Position numbers and translations under genes: made by a program. Below the pieces are notes generated by a model. It was not told where the DNA came from, did not search any database, and saw only the letters and a program-made list of their open reading frames with translations. Source: Octopus vulgaris (Eukaryota). Taken from it: a stretch of 64,000 nt of DNA. The stretch is taken from the NCBI GenBank assembly GCA_951406725.2, contig OX597816.1, forward strand, positions 155,682,001 to 155,746,000. Direction: 5' to 3'. This document shows, one piece after another, positions 63,998 to 64,000 of this stretch. Position 1 is the first letter of the stretch. Every line of letters starts with the position of its first letter.

Positions 63998-64000
63998 TGG

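Overview
AT-rich, repeat-saturated animal genomic DNA, most likely a coleoid cephalopod such as Octopus (inferred from the SINE/LINE families and extreme microsatellite density). One host gene is visible: the 5' part of a WDR93-like ciliary WD-repeat gene on the minus strand. It has seven phase-consistent GT-AG coding exons from ATG 58769 to 21233 (974 nt, about 324 codons), a possible eighth exon at 11703-11792, and a CpG-rich promoter with an RFX X-box. The rest of the window is intron or upstream sequence filled with decayed mobile DNA: Penelope-like elements (PLEs), RTE, CR1, Tx1/L1 and R4/Dong LINE remnants, several tRNA-SINE families, Helitron/Helentron pieces, a Tc1/mariner remnant, a piggyBac MITE, fold-backs and microsatellites. 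Almost all ORFs in the supplied track are microsatellite or transposon artefacts. The most unusual signals are several minimal hammerhead-ribozyme (HHR) motifs, including a 1.2 kb tandem triplication whose units each begin at an HHR and a repeated element combining a head-to-head tRNA-like fold-back with an HHR-like core. A young RTE LINE also carries a PHD finger just C-terminal of its RT core. All calls were made by eye; repeat boundaries are approximate.
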